From contig OY740808.1 in the NCBI GenBank assembly GCA_963514005.1, positions 11,904,001 to 11,968,000 of the forward strand: a DNA stretch of 64,000 nucleotides, given 5' to 3'. This DNA is from Raja brachyura (Eukaryota). Of the stretch, positions 12,165 to 24,519 are shown in pieces (the stretch's first letter is position 1; every line of letters begins with the position of its first letter). Under the pieces are notes generated by a model that saw only the letters and a list, made by a program, of their open reading frames with translations, searched no databases and was not told the origin of the DNA. The position numbers and the translations under genes were made by a program.

Positions 12165-13593
12165 ACCGATTATTCTATTTACGATGCATCGTTGTAATTT
12201 TCTGTGCAAATGCCCTTGCCTTCAATAGAATAAAAACAATAATGTCCGGAGTATAAACTGATATTTTGTGGAACTTCGTTATATTTCAAATAAACTGCGT
12301 TTTCATGATTGATGATGATCCATGTGTTCGGACAGCTGAAGGGGCTGCTTGCAAGTACCCCCAAATTGAAGAAATCAGGTGGAAATCCGTGTCTCCTATT
12401 TTGGATATCCCAGAAATACGGAAGAGCAGTCGTGGCATTGAGCTAATTTGCTTAGAGCACCAAAATGTTTCCAATCTTACCCCACAAAATATCGCAAGAT
12501 ATCAGTTTATTCCATGAAAAACGCGATGTAAAGTGTTGTTTGACGAATTCGTGAACCGCGGCATTACCGTGGTCTTAAATCAGCTCAACATTAATCACCA
12601 GAAGTGGTCGTATATTTAAACAGTATAACGAGAGGAATAGATAAGGCTCGTAGGGGTGAGCGCTAGACTCATCTTGAAGGGGGGCTTCGCACCAACAATT
12701 AACCGAAGTAAACGTAGTTACTTCGCGATTCCCAGAAATGGGATAAACAGCTTTCGGGATATGGCAACTGCCTGGATGTTCTTCTCTGGGAATTAAAAAA
12801 AAAGTTTAACAGGGGGAATAAATTGTGAAAAGTGATGTACTGTGGCTGGGGAAAATCTGCTACCGACGTGGGTAAGTCCTATCTGGAGAGACCCTCCAGC
12901 ACGATGTCAATTCCCAGTAGTAAAATAACAGGTTGGGGACATGTGCTGTCTATTTTCACCCCATCCCTTCCTCCACGGTTAAGGAAAGGTCCACGCTCCT
13001 CCCTTTCCCCTTATTTTTTGCCTGATTTTGCCAATTAACTCCCCCCCCATCCCCATCTGCGAATCAACCCGCTCTCACATGTATCCACCTATCACTTGGC
13101 AGGCTGTATCACAACTCATATCTATTTTCCAGCTTTCTCCCCTCTGTTCCAATGAGTCTGCAGAAGGGTCTCGACCTGAAATGAAGCCTCGCCATTCTAA
13201 TCAGATGCTGCCTGACCCGGCGAGTCATGTAGCGTCTAATGTCGAAGTCTTGTTTTGCTGGATTTGTCCGGTATCATGACCACCTCTCTGATCGAATTTA
13301 ACTCTTCAATCCACTTCTTGTCCGACATAACATGAATCTCATAACATTAATTAAATGGAGAGCCGAGATTAGAAAATGAGAGTAGAAAGAAGAGTAGCGT
13401 TTTATCCTTAAATATATACACTTTTCATTTTCTTGAATCAGCTTTTTCAAAGATATAATTAATTTACAAAATGTAATTTTTTTAAAAGCCTCAAAGTTAG
13501 TGACCGAAGGAGAAACTCCGTACTCAGCATTGTTCCAGGGCCAGGGCTTGATCGCTGGCTTGCATGAATCGACAACTCCTGGGGCCTTGTAGC

Positions 13594-13848
13594 GGGCACG
13601 GTCGCGCAGCGGTAGAGTTGCAGCGTTACAGCGCTCACAGCGCCAGAGACAAGAGTTGAAATCCGGCCACAGGAGCTTCTCTGTGCGGAGTTTGTACGTT
13701 CGCCCCGTGACCTGCGTGGGGTTTCTCCGAGAACTTCGGTTTCCTCCCACACTGCAAAGGATAGTGTTAATGTGCGGGGATCGCTCGTCGATGCGGTCTC
13801 GGTAGGGCGACGGGCCTGATTCCGCGCTATATCTCTGAACTAAACTAA
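13594..13848 (+). mobile_element. tRNA-derived V-SINE (HE1-like elasmobranch SINE)
   Basis: A-box-like GGTCGCGCAGCGG, B-box-like GAGTTGAAATCC, V-core TGTGCGGAGTTTGTACGTT...GGTTTCCTCCCACA, and a CR1-like tail ending (AACTA)n. A partial related SINE lies at 28350-28560. Confidence 0.75.
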
Positions 13849-14099
13849 TTATTTTGAAATAGGCTGTTGCTCTACGGTCCAACCTCATCATACCCTTCTC
13901 CCAACCCATTCAATGCCAGAGCTTGTACTAGACTTTGTTGAACATAACAAAGTCTCTGACAGATCAGAGCTGTAATTCCACAAACATTTGGATGAAAATA
14001 GAAAACACTTTTATTTATTCCCCATCTGAACCGTAATTCCACCATTAAACATGGATATCGCCTAAACGACGCAGGTCAGTGGACTGATCGATCGTGTTC

Positions 14100-14650
14100 C
14101 ACTCGAGTTCCCCGGGCCTCATCTTTCACCCCACCAGCCTCTGCATCCAACACATAATTCTCTGACATTTTCCTCTGATCCCACCACTAAGCACATCTTC
14201 CAATCTCCAGCCCTTTCCGCCTTCCGCAGAGACCATTCCTCCGCAACTCCTTGGGTCACTCATCTCTTTTCACTGAAGCCACTCCCACTCCTGCCAACTT
14301 ACCCTGCAACCGCGGGAGATTTAACATCTGTCCTTATTCCTCCACCCTCAGCTCCACCCAGGGACATCGGCAGTGAGATTCACATGCACCTTCTCTAACC
14401 TTATCTCCTCGATCTGGTGTTCCGGAGGTGGGTTACTGAACATCGGCTAGACCAAGCGTAGATTCGGCGACCGTTTAACCGAACTTGCGAAGGCCTACGC
14501 GATGACCCGGTGGCGAGCCCCTTTAACCCCCCCTCCCCCCCCTCCCCACCTTCCCATTACACTGACCCTTCCGGCCTGGGCCTCCTCAACTGTCAGAGCG
14601 AGTTTACACACACATTGGAAGAATAGCAACACATTTCCATCGGGTAGCTG
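14100..14650 (+). mobile_element. Penelope-like element remnant (GIY-YIG endonuclease region); copy at 29120-29550
   Basis: CTFSNLISSIWCSGGGLLNIG*TKRRFGDRLTE is a degenerate form of the Penelope NLIYCIxC...LYIGETKRRLGDRF motif. Confidence 0.75.
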
Positions 14651-15040
14651 ATTGCTCACCAATCCTCACAGATAGTGGTCCGTTGGTCACGAAGTGCGGA
14701 TTCCGTTCCAATAGTTTGGAAATGAGCTTGCTTAAGGTAATGCTATTGATAGCAGGGCTCTAGTCAATGAAGAGGAGTCTGGTGTAGGTGCTCATCTCAT
14801 CGAGATGTTCCAGGGACAAGTGTAGGGCCAGAGTGATGGCATCAGCAGTGGACCTGTTGTGGTAGTAGGTGAACTGCTGTAGATCAAGGCTGCTTGCTAG
14901 GCTGAATCTGGCTGCTCTAGAAGCAATTCGTAATCGTGGATGTCAAGATATCTGGACGATAATCATTTAGGCATGAGATCTCGATTTTCTTTGGCTCCGA
15001 GGTGATAGTGGTCTTCTTGGTGCATGACGGTACCTCAGAA
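14640..15040 (-). mobile_element. Rex1/Babar LINE RT fragment
   Basis: EVPSCTKKTTI...ISCLNDYRP...NRSTADAITLALH...RLLFID on the minus strand. Confidence 0.7.
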
Positions 15041-18000
15041 TTAATTCCCGATCTACAACTAGACGAGTCCCATTCACCAGAAAGAGCAAAATGTATGATT
15101 TTTCGATGATCTACATTGATATCCTACACCCAGTTGCACGATCGATATCCATGCTTTGTCCCCATTTTCCATTCCCCCGCGAGGCTTCGTTTGCTTTTGA
15201 TGGGCGACGGGTAGTTTGGAAATACTGGTCAGCGTTTAGTGTGTCACCAACCTCAACCTCCATACGAGCTGGGATATTTGGCCCAGCAAGCACCTGCCTG
15301 CACATGTCCGCGGCGCCATGTGGCTTATTTACACTCAGAAACGACAAGGAACAATAATCTTGCTGATAGTCCCTCCCCACGAACCCTTATTCGCCAACGA
15401 CATCTCTTTCCTACTCTAGAACTATTGGTGCTGGCCAGTGGCAGATCCGTCGATAGTTCTTTCCTGGGATCCTGAAACTCATGCCATTGTTCAATGGCTT
15501 TAATGTTCACATCAATGATAGGCTATTCTGCGTTCCGGCTGTATTTGGTGAGATTATGTTGGTTCTGGTACAGTGGAATTCCAATGCAGTTTGTGGAAGT
15601 AGGTTGATCAGACCAGGCATGGAGGACAACTTACATGTTAAAATTGTTCCACTTCCAAAGTTGTCCGATGGTGTAACCTGAACCCAATAATCCACATTTT
15701 TAAATGACCTTTAAAATAAATTCATTTGAAATATATGTATAAAACTGCAACAGTTTCAGAAGGAAATTTCACTTCCCAATAAAAAAAAGAGCTGTGGTCT
15801 AAAATGTGGTCACAGAGATGCTTTTGAGGTCAGCTACAAGGAGGAGTACAAAGTAGTGAGATGAAGCTATGTTGGGGTGAAATTTCAGATATTTGGCATT
15901 TGCCAGGTGAAGACTGATGCCAATAATAAAAATAGTTAAAGCCAGGGATGCTTTTAGGTCCATAATTTGAGCCCTTCTGCTCTTTCCAGTTGATATATTC
16001 TTTGTGTCTGATCAGCTATTTATTTCAGATTTTCCTCCTATTGAGGTCGTTAGTCTGGTGAAATGAATAATGGGGGTTTCAATGAAATTAGGCAAGAATC
16101 AAATTATATAACTACATCTTTTAAAGGTGCTTCGACTGCGAGTTACTGTGATATATATTCAATTGCATTACTGTACTTTAGTAAATTTCACCAGTTGTTA
16201 TATCCATCATACGTAACAACCTGGGAGCTCTCGTGAAAATTCTCATTTGTTCTGCAATTTTGTTGTCTTCCGAAAGAAAACCCAGAGGGAAATATCTCTC
16301 ATTCCCGGTTAGACTTAATTTCACAGAAGAAATGATAGTACAAGTCTCACATAATATTACGTAAATAAATGATTGGAAAGTTTATGAAATTGCATTCATT
16401 TGAATGCAGATCATTCGTAAATAGCAATATAATTGGGAACAATTCCTATGCTTATATGATCACAAGTGGATGGATCGCAGTTGACAACCGCTGGTTCTTG
16501 ATTCTGCTGCTCTGGGTAAAAGAGTAGAGGACGCAGCTTTAAGGTAGCTTTATGATTTAATAGGAACCCGAAGGGCAACATTTTCGCACAGAGGTTGGTG
16601 AGTATATGGAACGAGCTTCCACAATCCAAAATAGTGACATCATCTGCAGCACCTTTGGAATATTTACAGTTCTTGTCATTTATGGGGAGGCAAATGCAAA
16701 CAGTAGATGGCAGCATTGCATCGGTTATGAAATAATGTTAATTTATTGCTGAGATAGGACAAATGGTGAATTATCACTGTAGCAATATTACGATAATGTG
16801 CATGCCCATAAACCCATCTAATGCCTACTCATTTGGCGATTGTGGGTGTGGATGCGAATATACTAAGTGAGGAGAGGCTTTAACTTTTGACACATGACAG
16901 TAAAAGAGACGGAGGCAATAAACTTACTGAATGCTCAATTGCATTTGGAGAAACAAACACAAAATATCTTTCCTCGTAAGTGCAATTCATAGTGACATAG
17001 TCTTAAAAAAAGAGTTCGGACAAAACACATACAAGCAGCTCGCAAAGGGTAAAGGCGGTAATAAAAATCGACCGCGTGGGCAGAAGATACTGATGCTGTC
17101 TCCGATTATAACGGTAGGTGGCGGTGCCGTACCTTACTTCTGTGCTGAAGCTATTCTGAAATGGGTCAACCGCAATATTGTGTCTGAGCTCACGTATTGG
17201 CCAGACCTGCAATAATTTGATTATTTTCCCCTTGAAGGATGTATTTGGGATCCAGTTGTTTTGCAATAATCAATCATACACCGTGATGTTTCTTTTGAAA
17301 GATTCTAGACACTTAACATAATTTAGATTCCACACTATCTTTGTTGAAATAGGTCTGGATATATGGTCAAGGCCTCTTCGTTCGTGGTGATTTGATTTCC
17401 GCTTGAAATCATTGCTTATTTGCACTTCCTTCACCTTTGCAGGGAGCGATTGGGCGGAATCTTTCACTGCATAAAAAATATTCTCCGTTCAGTTTTCTGA
17501 TTCTATTACGGTCTAACCAGCTTGACGGCTAACCTCTCCGCTTACTCAATACTGTGTTATTTGTAACGCAGCATACATCACAGGTTTTGCTCACTACTCT
17601 CGCGATATATCTTTCCACCTTGCCGGACGTGTGGCAATGAACCTGAAGTCCCTCTGTTCCTGCGCACTATGAACCACATTGCCCCCCTCCCCTCCACTCC
17701 ATACACGAGGCAATATTTCCGAGCTCATACTTCTCTGTGAGAGATTTCATCCGTCATTCATCTGCTCATTCTCCTGTCATATTTAAATTTGAATTGCACG
17801 CTGAGTACTCCTCTCACTCTCCTGCGTGTCAGCCGCTATTCTATCACGATTGTCGATGTGAATATATTGCTGTCGGTACAGAATTCAACTAGGTATGGGG
17901 ATAGAGGAGAATGAAATAATTGGCCAACATTTTCGTGCATACTGAATGCAAATAATAAGAATGTTACCTTAGATATCTCCGGGAGCGCCTTTAATTTTTA

Positions 18001-21000
18001 TTCGACAAACATGAAGACAGTTGCAAACAGGATTTTGTACATTTGATTGGGCTTGCTTTACTATGACTTGCCCAAAATCGAAGCTCTGGACAACGCAGAG
18101 TGGTTGCTTTGAATGTATTGTTGCTATTCTCCAATACACAGTATATTGTATTTGAAGGAGCTGTTCGGCAAATTCTGAGTAATTGTGGGTGTGGGGTCAC
18201 ATACATTTTACACTTTTCCTTCTAAAATTACTTTTAATTACAACCCAATAGCGTCATGCTCGCGTTACCAAATCCAGCTTTTAATTTCAGATTTACTTTA
18301 ACTCTGATATCAGCGCCAAATCACAGACTTATATTGAATTCAGTTATCTCCAATTGAGCTGAATATCAAACAGACTACAGGTAAGATGCGTGGTTCATTT
18401 ATTCAAAGAATATCAATGTTTGTTTTGCCTGTCTTATTCTGTGTCACGAATAGACAATAATGGTGTTCCACATTGGACAGGGGAGAACAACACGAAATAT
18501 TAATGAATATCTTTCCCCACTTCCATTAGTGAAATTACTTCAGTCCTTCATGAGCTGCATTTGCCATCTACATCCTCCATTCAGATCTCCGCACTCACCA
18601 GGCTTATTTCTTCAGATCTGCACAGACAGCTGACACCTGCTTTCTGCAAGGAGACCTTGAACGTGGGCCCGGACTGGGGTGAGTAGGTCTGACAGAGCCG
18701 CGCCAACGGACTTGCCCTTGATGCAGGCAGGATACATCCATTCCCAGGTTTCCATGTCCTCTGGAGGTGCTGCACGATTCGCTGAATTTCGCCTGCACAT
18801 TGTGTGTTTTTTAAAAATCAGCACCTGAGGTTCTCAGTACCCCCCAGGTTTCCCATCTATAAATTTACCAAGGTGTTTGGTTCTGAATATCAATGAACGT
18901 CATGAAGATTTAAAAACGACGGCATGAAATAAATAACTGAACGCTATTTTCTTAAAAGAAACAAACAAAAATTACACTTCATTCTACACTGAGATCTCTT
19001 GCTTGCAGAAACATCGCAGGCACGTGGACTGAGACAGAAAAAACAGAGGAACAAATTATACATATAAATCTGAAACAAAGAAACAAGATTGCGTCCAAAA
19101 ACACAGTAATAAAAAAAACATGTCGATGGTGTGCAATAAATGGGGCATTGTGTCCCGTTGTCGAGGCAACATTAGGGGTATGTTGGTCCTTCCAAAAACT
19201 GGATAGTTGTAGGCAAGTAGCTGTTCTGGAACCGGGTGGTGTACTTTCTGCAGTAGATCTGTCAAAGTTTGTTGGAGTATTTGGAGACATAAAGTATTTC
19301 TTTAAAATTCTTTGCAAGTAGAAGCATTGGCGCTCCTTCGTGGATGCATTTGTTTCCTGGGCCCGGGACAAGTCATCCACGATGTTAATGACGAGCATTT
19401 AAAGCTGATAACGCTCTCCACCACTGCTCCACCAAAAACAAACTGGCCCGAGGTCCCCGGACTTCCTCTTTCTGAAGTCAGCGACCACTTCGGTCTTGTT
19501 GCTTTGGAGCGAAAGGTGGTTGTTCTGGCACCACTCAACCAAGTGTTCCGTCTCTCTTCTCTATGTTGACGCAGCACCATCAGTGATTCATCCAAACAAA
19601 ATGTTGAGTGGTGTTGGGGGTAGACCAATAGATGATTTTGGAGCTGTGCTTCATGCCAAGGGGTAAAGGAAGTAGAACAGGGTGCAAAGCACGCAACCTT
19701 GAGATGCACTGTGTTGATGGTCAATGGGGCGGAGATGATGTTCCCCATCCACGCTGGGTCACTTGAAGCTAATTAACCAAACAATAAAATGGTGACTAAT
19801 CTGAGTTTAACCTCTGACCTGCAGTGCTATCCACCTCTGGTAAAATATCACTACCCCACTTTGTTTATTTTGAATATTTCTACCTTTGGAAAAAAATGAA
19901 GATTGCTTCTACCACATTTTCAGAAACGTAATTGATGAGACTTTCTCTTTTCTGATATATGTGTTTTGTTTCTTCACTTTTTGAAGTAGGCATTTATTTT
20001 TGTGCAACCGGTGACATTTAGTTTTAGATTACCCCAGACGAATTGTCCTGTCCCTTCGCATGCTGTTAAGACCCCGCATAATCACCCGTGCTTCAATTAA
20101 AGCACCTTTCACGTTTCTAACCGTCGAGCAATTCCTCATAAAACAACTCCATGGTTGCCGATTCTGCGATGAAGTATAACTGAAACACTAAGACCCTCTC
20201 TCTTTTGTATTCGGTTTTTCTGGCGTTAGATGCTAACACTGTTGCCTTTCCTTGGCAGTTGTTGTACCTCTTTCTAGCCTGTGGCGAATCCTCACAAGCA
20301 AACCAAAATAATTCTGCTTCTCAAAACACTGCAAACTGTTATAATGTAAATATGAAGGGCCTCGACCCAAAACGTTAACCATTCCTTCTCTCCAGAGACG
20401 CTCCAGCCTTTTGTACATATATTGGAAAGAACATTCTTTTATATCACTTACCCTGCCAAAATTGACATTTCACATGTTCCCACATCCAGCATTTAACAGG
20501 CCTTTGCCCATTCACTGGAACTATCCACATACACGGTGGCCTTGTTTCGTTTTTCATGTCATTAACAAATGCAATACCCAACATTTTTTTTCTAGCATTT
20601 TTGTAAATTGGGGCTCCAGCACTGATCTATGAGGCACTTCAGTTTTTACATAATTCCAACCAGAATTTTGCTTGTTTATGCGTGTTCTATGTTTCCAACT
20701 AAACGCCCAACATTCTTTACTTAACGATAAATACCAGGACTCTTAGAAATTAGGTGCAGGAGTAGGATATTCGGCCCTTCGAGCAGCACCGTCATTCAAT
20801 ATGATCGCGGCTGATCATCCAAAATCAGTACCCCGTTCCTGCTTTCCCCCACATCCCTTGATTCCATCAGCCCTAAAAGCTATATCTAACTCTCTCTTGA
20901 ATACACCCTCCAGTGGATTTAGCCTCCACTGCCTTCTGTGGCAGAGAATTCCACAGATTCACAACTCCCTGGGTAAAAAAAATGTTTCCACATCTCTGTC

Positions 21001-23907
21001 CTAAATGGCCTACCCATTTTTTTAATCTGGAACTCCTCTGGATTCCCCCCAAACGGGAACATTTTACCTGCATCTAGCGGTATAGGACATCCAGGTGTGG
21101 TCTCACTAGGGCCCTGTACAACTGCAGTAGGATCACCTTGCTCCTATACTCAAACCCTCTCGCTATGAAGGCCAACGTGCCATTCGCTTTTCTTCACTGC
21201 CGACTGCACCTCATGGTTTCTTTCATTGACTGACGTTCAAGGCCACCCAGGTCTCGTTGCACCCTCCCTTTCCCTAATCTGACACCATTCAGATAATAAT
21301 CTGCCTTCTTCTTGCCACCAATGTGGATAGCCCCACATTTATCCACGTTATACTGCATCTGCCATGCATCTGCCCACTGACCCATCTTATCCAAGTCACC
21401 CTGCAGCCTCATAGCATCCTCCTCGTAGCTCACACTGCCACCCAGCTTTGTATGATCAGCAAACTTAGAGATGTTACACTTAATTCCTTCATGTCGTTGA
21501 TATATATTGTTAATAACTGAGGTCCCATCACTGAGCCTTGCGGAACCCCACTAGTCACTGTCTGCCATGTGAATGAAATAAAATACCAAAGCAAAAAGAG
21601 GCACCAGACATTTAGTTATTGAGTATAGCTATTACTGGTGAAAAAAAAAGCTGTTTTTATTTCTGACTGTGGCAGCTTTTAAGGGAAACGCTTAAAGAGA
21701 TTATCTTACTGGCTCGCTTCCTGGCCTTTACAGTGTACAGTTCGTCAATGGGTTGAAGGTTGCAGCCAGCAACATTCTCAGCTGATCGAACGATTCGCTT
21801 CAGCCTCCGGAAAACGTGCTTGGTGGCTGAGCCAAACCAGACTATGATGGAGAAAGTGGGGACAGACTCTACGATGGTAATATAGAATTGGACCATCATT
21901 GCCTTGGCAGAATGGGTTTCCTCAGCTGCCGCAGGACGTACATCCTCTGTTGGGCCTTTAGATCGTTGGTGGTCCCCATTTAAGGTCCTCGGAGTTGATG
22001 GTTCCAAGGAACTTAAAGGACTTAATGGTGAGAGGGGAGGGGGAGCTGTCCTAAAATCTACCATCAATTCCACCTTCTCAAGTGTATTGAACTCCAGATT
22101 GCAACGAAGGCACCAGGACGCCAGCTGTGTCACTTCCTGTCTGCAGGTAGATTCCTCCCCATCCTGGATCAGTCCAATCAGGGTTGTGTCGTCCCTAGGA
22201 TCCCTGGGATGTTCCCGGTCAACCTCTTCTGGACCCTCTCCAACGCCAGCTCCACCTTCCTCAGATTGGAGCCCAAAACTGTTCACAACACTCCAAATGT
22301 GGTCTGACCAGTGCCTTACAAAGGCTCAGCATTACATCCCTGTTTTTGTATTTTGTGTTTTGTGTTCTGGCCCTCTCGAAAGAAATGCTAGCATTGCATT
22401 CACCTTCCTGACTACCGACTTACAAATTAACTTTTGGGGAATCCTGCACAGGCACTCCCAAGCCCCTTTGCACCTTTCATTTCTGAATTTTCTCTCTTTC
22501 TCAACAGCATTTTGACTTTTGCGAGATTACCTTTTTGATCATTTTGTCAGTACCCTTTATAACTTTAAGTAACAGCTTGCAATATTTCTGTCTCTCTTCC
22601 TTTCTGAATGAAAATGATCACCAAGGAACTTCCATGGTAGTTTTGAAATAAAATCTCAAACCAATGAATTCAGCGCTGCTATGGGATGAATTAAGATTCT
22701 AGAATGGAATACAATTCATCTTAAGAACCTAAAGGCCCATGGCTCTATAAACTTCCTAATGATTGCAACTTGTGTGAGTTTGGGCCCTGCTTTAACTTCC
22801 ATGTCTGCAGCCGTTTCTGGGATGTTGTCCGTGTTCTGTAGTGCAGACCGATGAAACATTACAGTTTCCATTATCTGTCATCTCGATAGCCACCTTTAAT
22901 TTTACCCCAGATCTACTTTGTCCACTCTGTAGGTTCTAATAAAAATGACAAAAATCCTTATTATCATGCATTTACACTTCTAGCTGACGTCCAACCATAC
23001 TTTAATATTTTCGTACTCATTGAGCTCTTCGTCATATTTGTTTACAATTCGCTGTTCAATTTTCTGATTTCCATTTAACTTTGCTCATAGAAAATGTTTT
23101 TGCTCTTAGTTTACTGCTGTCTGTAACATGTTTAAATAATCGTGGATGTGTCATGCACTTGGATTTTATTTCTTGTGGCACGTGTGTATGATCTGTCTTT
23201 TGAATGCTCACATTGAAAGCTCACATTGAAATCTGGAATTTCCGATATTTTAATTGAATTTGCTAGTGGGCTTCAAGTTCAAGTTCATATTTAATGTCAC
23301 ATGTAGCAATTAAGGTACAGTGATATTTGAGTAAACGTGCAGCCATAGAAGGCTAAAAGAACACAATACATTCAGCTGGCTCCGTTCCATGGCATGCATT
23401 TATCCCTCTACAGCATTCCCTCACTCCCTCACACTTCTACTTTAATTAATGATGTATTGTTCTTCCCATGCCCTTCAATTCGACCGTCTGAAGCGTCAAC
23501 ATCTTCTCGTTCTCTCGCACTGCGATGAAGACATATTAACATACTTTCTTGTGCCGTTTAATTTGACCATCAAAGTGGACACTTTAAATGCAATGAAAGG
23601 GCTTAGTGGAATGGTGCCTTGCGATATTACACGACTGCGAATTATTTGTATGAAAAGGGCAAATGTTTTATTTTATAATTATTTGGGATCTTAAGGGGAT
23701 TAGTGCAAAGTCTGTACAGTCCCATCATTCGACGCAGCTGACACCTTTAACTCAGTAAATAAGAGCCTGCTCTCACACAACAGTTGAGTTCACCGTTGTC
23801 TGCTGTTCTCCTCCCACTTAAAACAACATGAAAATGTCTTTCTCCCAAAGGACTGGAGCTGCAGAAATATCATTTTACATCGAGCCAATAATTCAGTGAA
23901 TCGATGT

Positions 23908-23973
23908 CACGTGGATAAAGATTTGCATGAATAATTAATAATTAGTGACGTTGGGATGCTGAAGACTTTAAAA
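23908..23973 (+). promoter_or_regulatory. Ig light-chain promoter, cluster 2
   Basis: CACGTG 23908-23913, ATTTGCAT 23921-23928, TGACGT 23946-23951 and TTTAAAA about 23967-23973. Confidence 0.88.
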
Positions 23974-24037
23974 GAGAAACTTCGAAAGGGCTGAAAACCG
24001 CGCTTGTGCAGCAAAATATTCCTTTGTCACCTTCGAC

Positions 24038-24083
24038 ATGGCTGAATGGGTTTGGGTTCTCGCCTTGGTGACCTGTTTCCACT
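24038..24083 (+). CDS. IGLV: Ig light chain leader exon, cluster 2
   Basis: Identical to the cluster 1 leader. GTGAGT donor at 24084. Confidence 0.9.
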
Positions 24084-24177
24084 GTGAGTAGAGCGCAGAA
24101 TGATTAATGTTGTATCGTTTTACATTCTGCTGTGTTTTTTCTAATGGTTTTGTACATTGATCTGTTTTTTCTATCAG

Positions 24178-24519
24178 CTATAAACGCGGAGACTACCTTG
24201 ACTCAGGACCCGTCTATATCAACATCGCCGGGAACAACCGTCAAAATCACCTGTACCGCGTCAGGGGTCAGTATCGGTAGCTGGTACACGAGCTGGTACT
24301 GGCAGAAGCCGGACAGCGCTCCTGTCTTCGTGTGGTATGAAGGCTCCACCAGAGGCACAGGAATTCCAGACCGATTCACGGGTTCCGTGGACTCATCCAT
24401 GAACCAAATGCATTTAACCATCACCAACGTGCAATCGGAGGACGCTGCCGATTATTACTGTGGTGTGTGGGATGGCAGTAAATTCACCTTCGGGGGAGGA
24501 ACCAAATTGAATCTAAGCA
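24178..24519 (+). CDS. IGLV: Germline-joined VJ exon, Ig lambda-type, cluster 2
   Basis: SINAETTLTQDPS...CTASGVSIGSWYTSWYWQKP...YYC-GVWDGSKFT-FGGGTKLNLS. Acceptor AG 24176-24177, donor GTAAGT 24520, open frame, no RSS. Confidence 0.95.

Larger units (their letters stand above)
9840..12790 (-). pseudogene. Putative decayed LRR / TLR-like receptor relic, antisense, in two blocks (12790-12180 and 11075-9840) flanking the C exon
   Basis: Frameshifted minus-strand peptides with LRR-like patterns (VFDSIVNSLRCLLYHALNGN, VYLKYNE, ISKIGDTDF), an LRRCT-like stretch (CDQLRWQW...ISELNLTCNNPPHFR) and a hydrophobic segment (YLFFTFTLAISFSAVV). Manual pattern match only. Confidence 0.4.
1..14797 (+). repeat. 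Segmental duplication unit A (contains IgL cluster 1)
   Basis: Position 1 (CATCGAGATGTTCC) recurs at 14798. High colinear identity continues through promoter, VJ, C and flanks, with the offset growing from about 14.8 to 15.4 kb. Confidence 0.93.

Noticed and set aside
13298-13909. 203-aa minus-strand ORF, and a possible tRNA at 13594
   Set aside because: The ORF runs through a SINE. The tRNA-like part is the SINE head and has no complete cloverleaf.
21657-22515. Overlapping 209-aa and 203-aa ORFs
   Set aside because: Chimeric CR1/Rex1 fragments and their antisense frame, not host genes.
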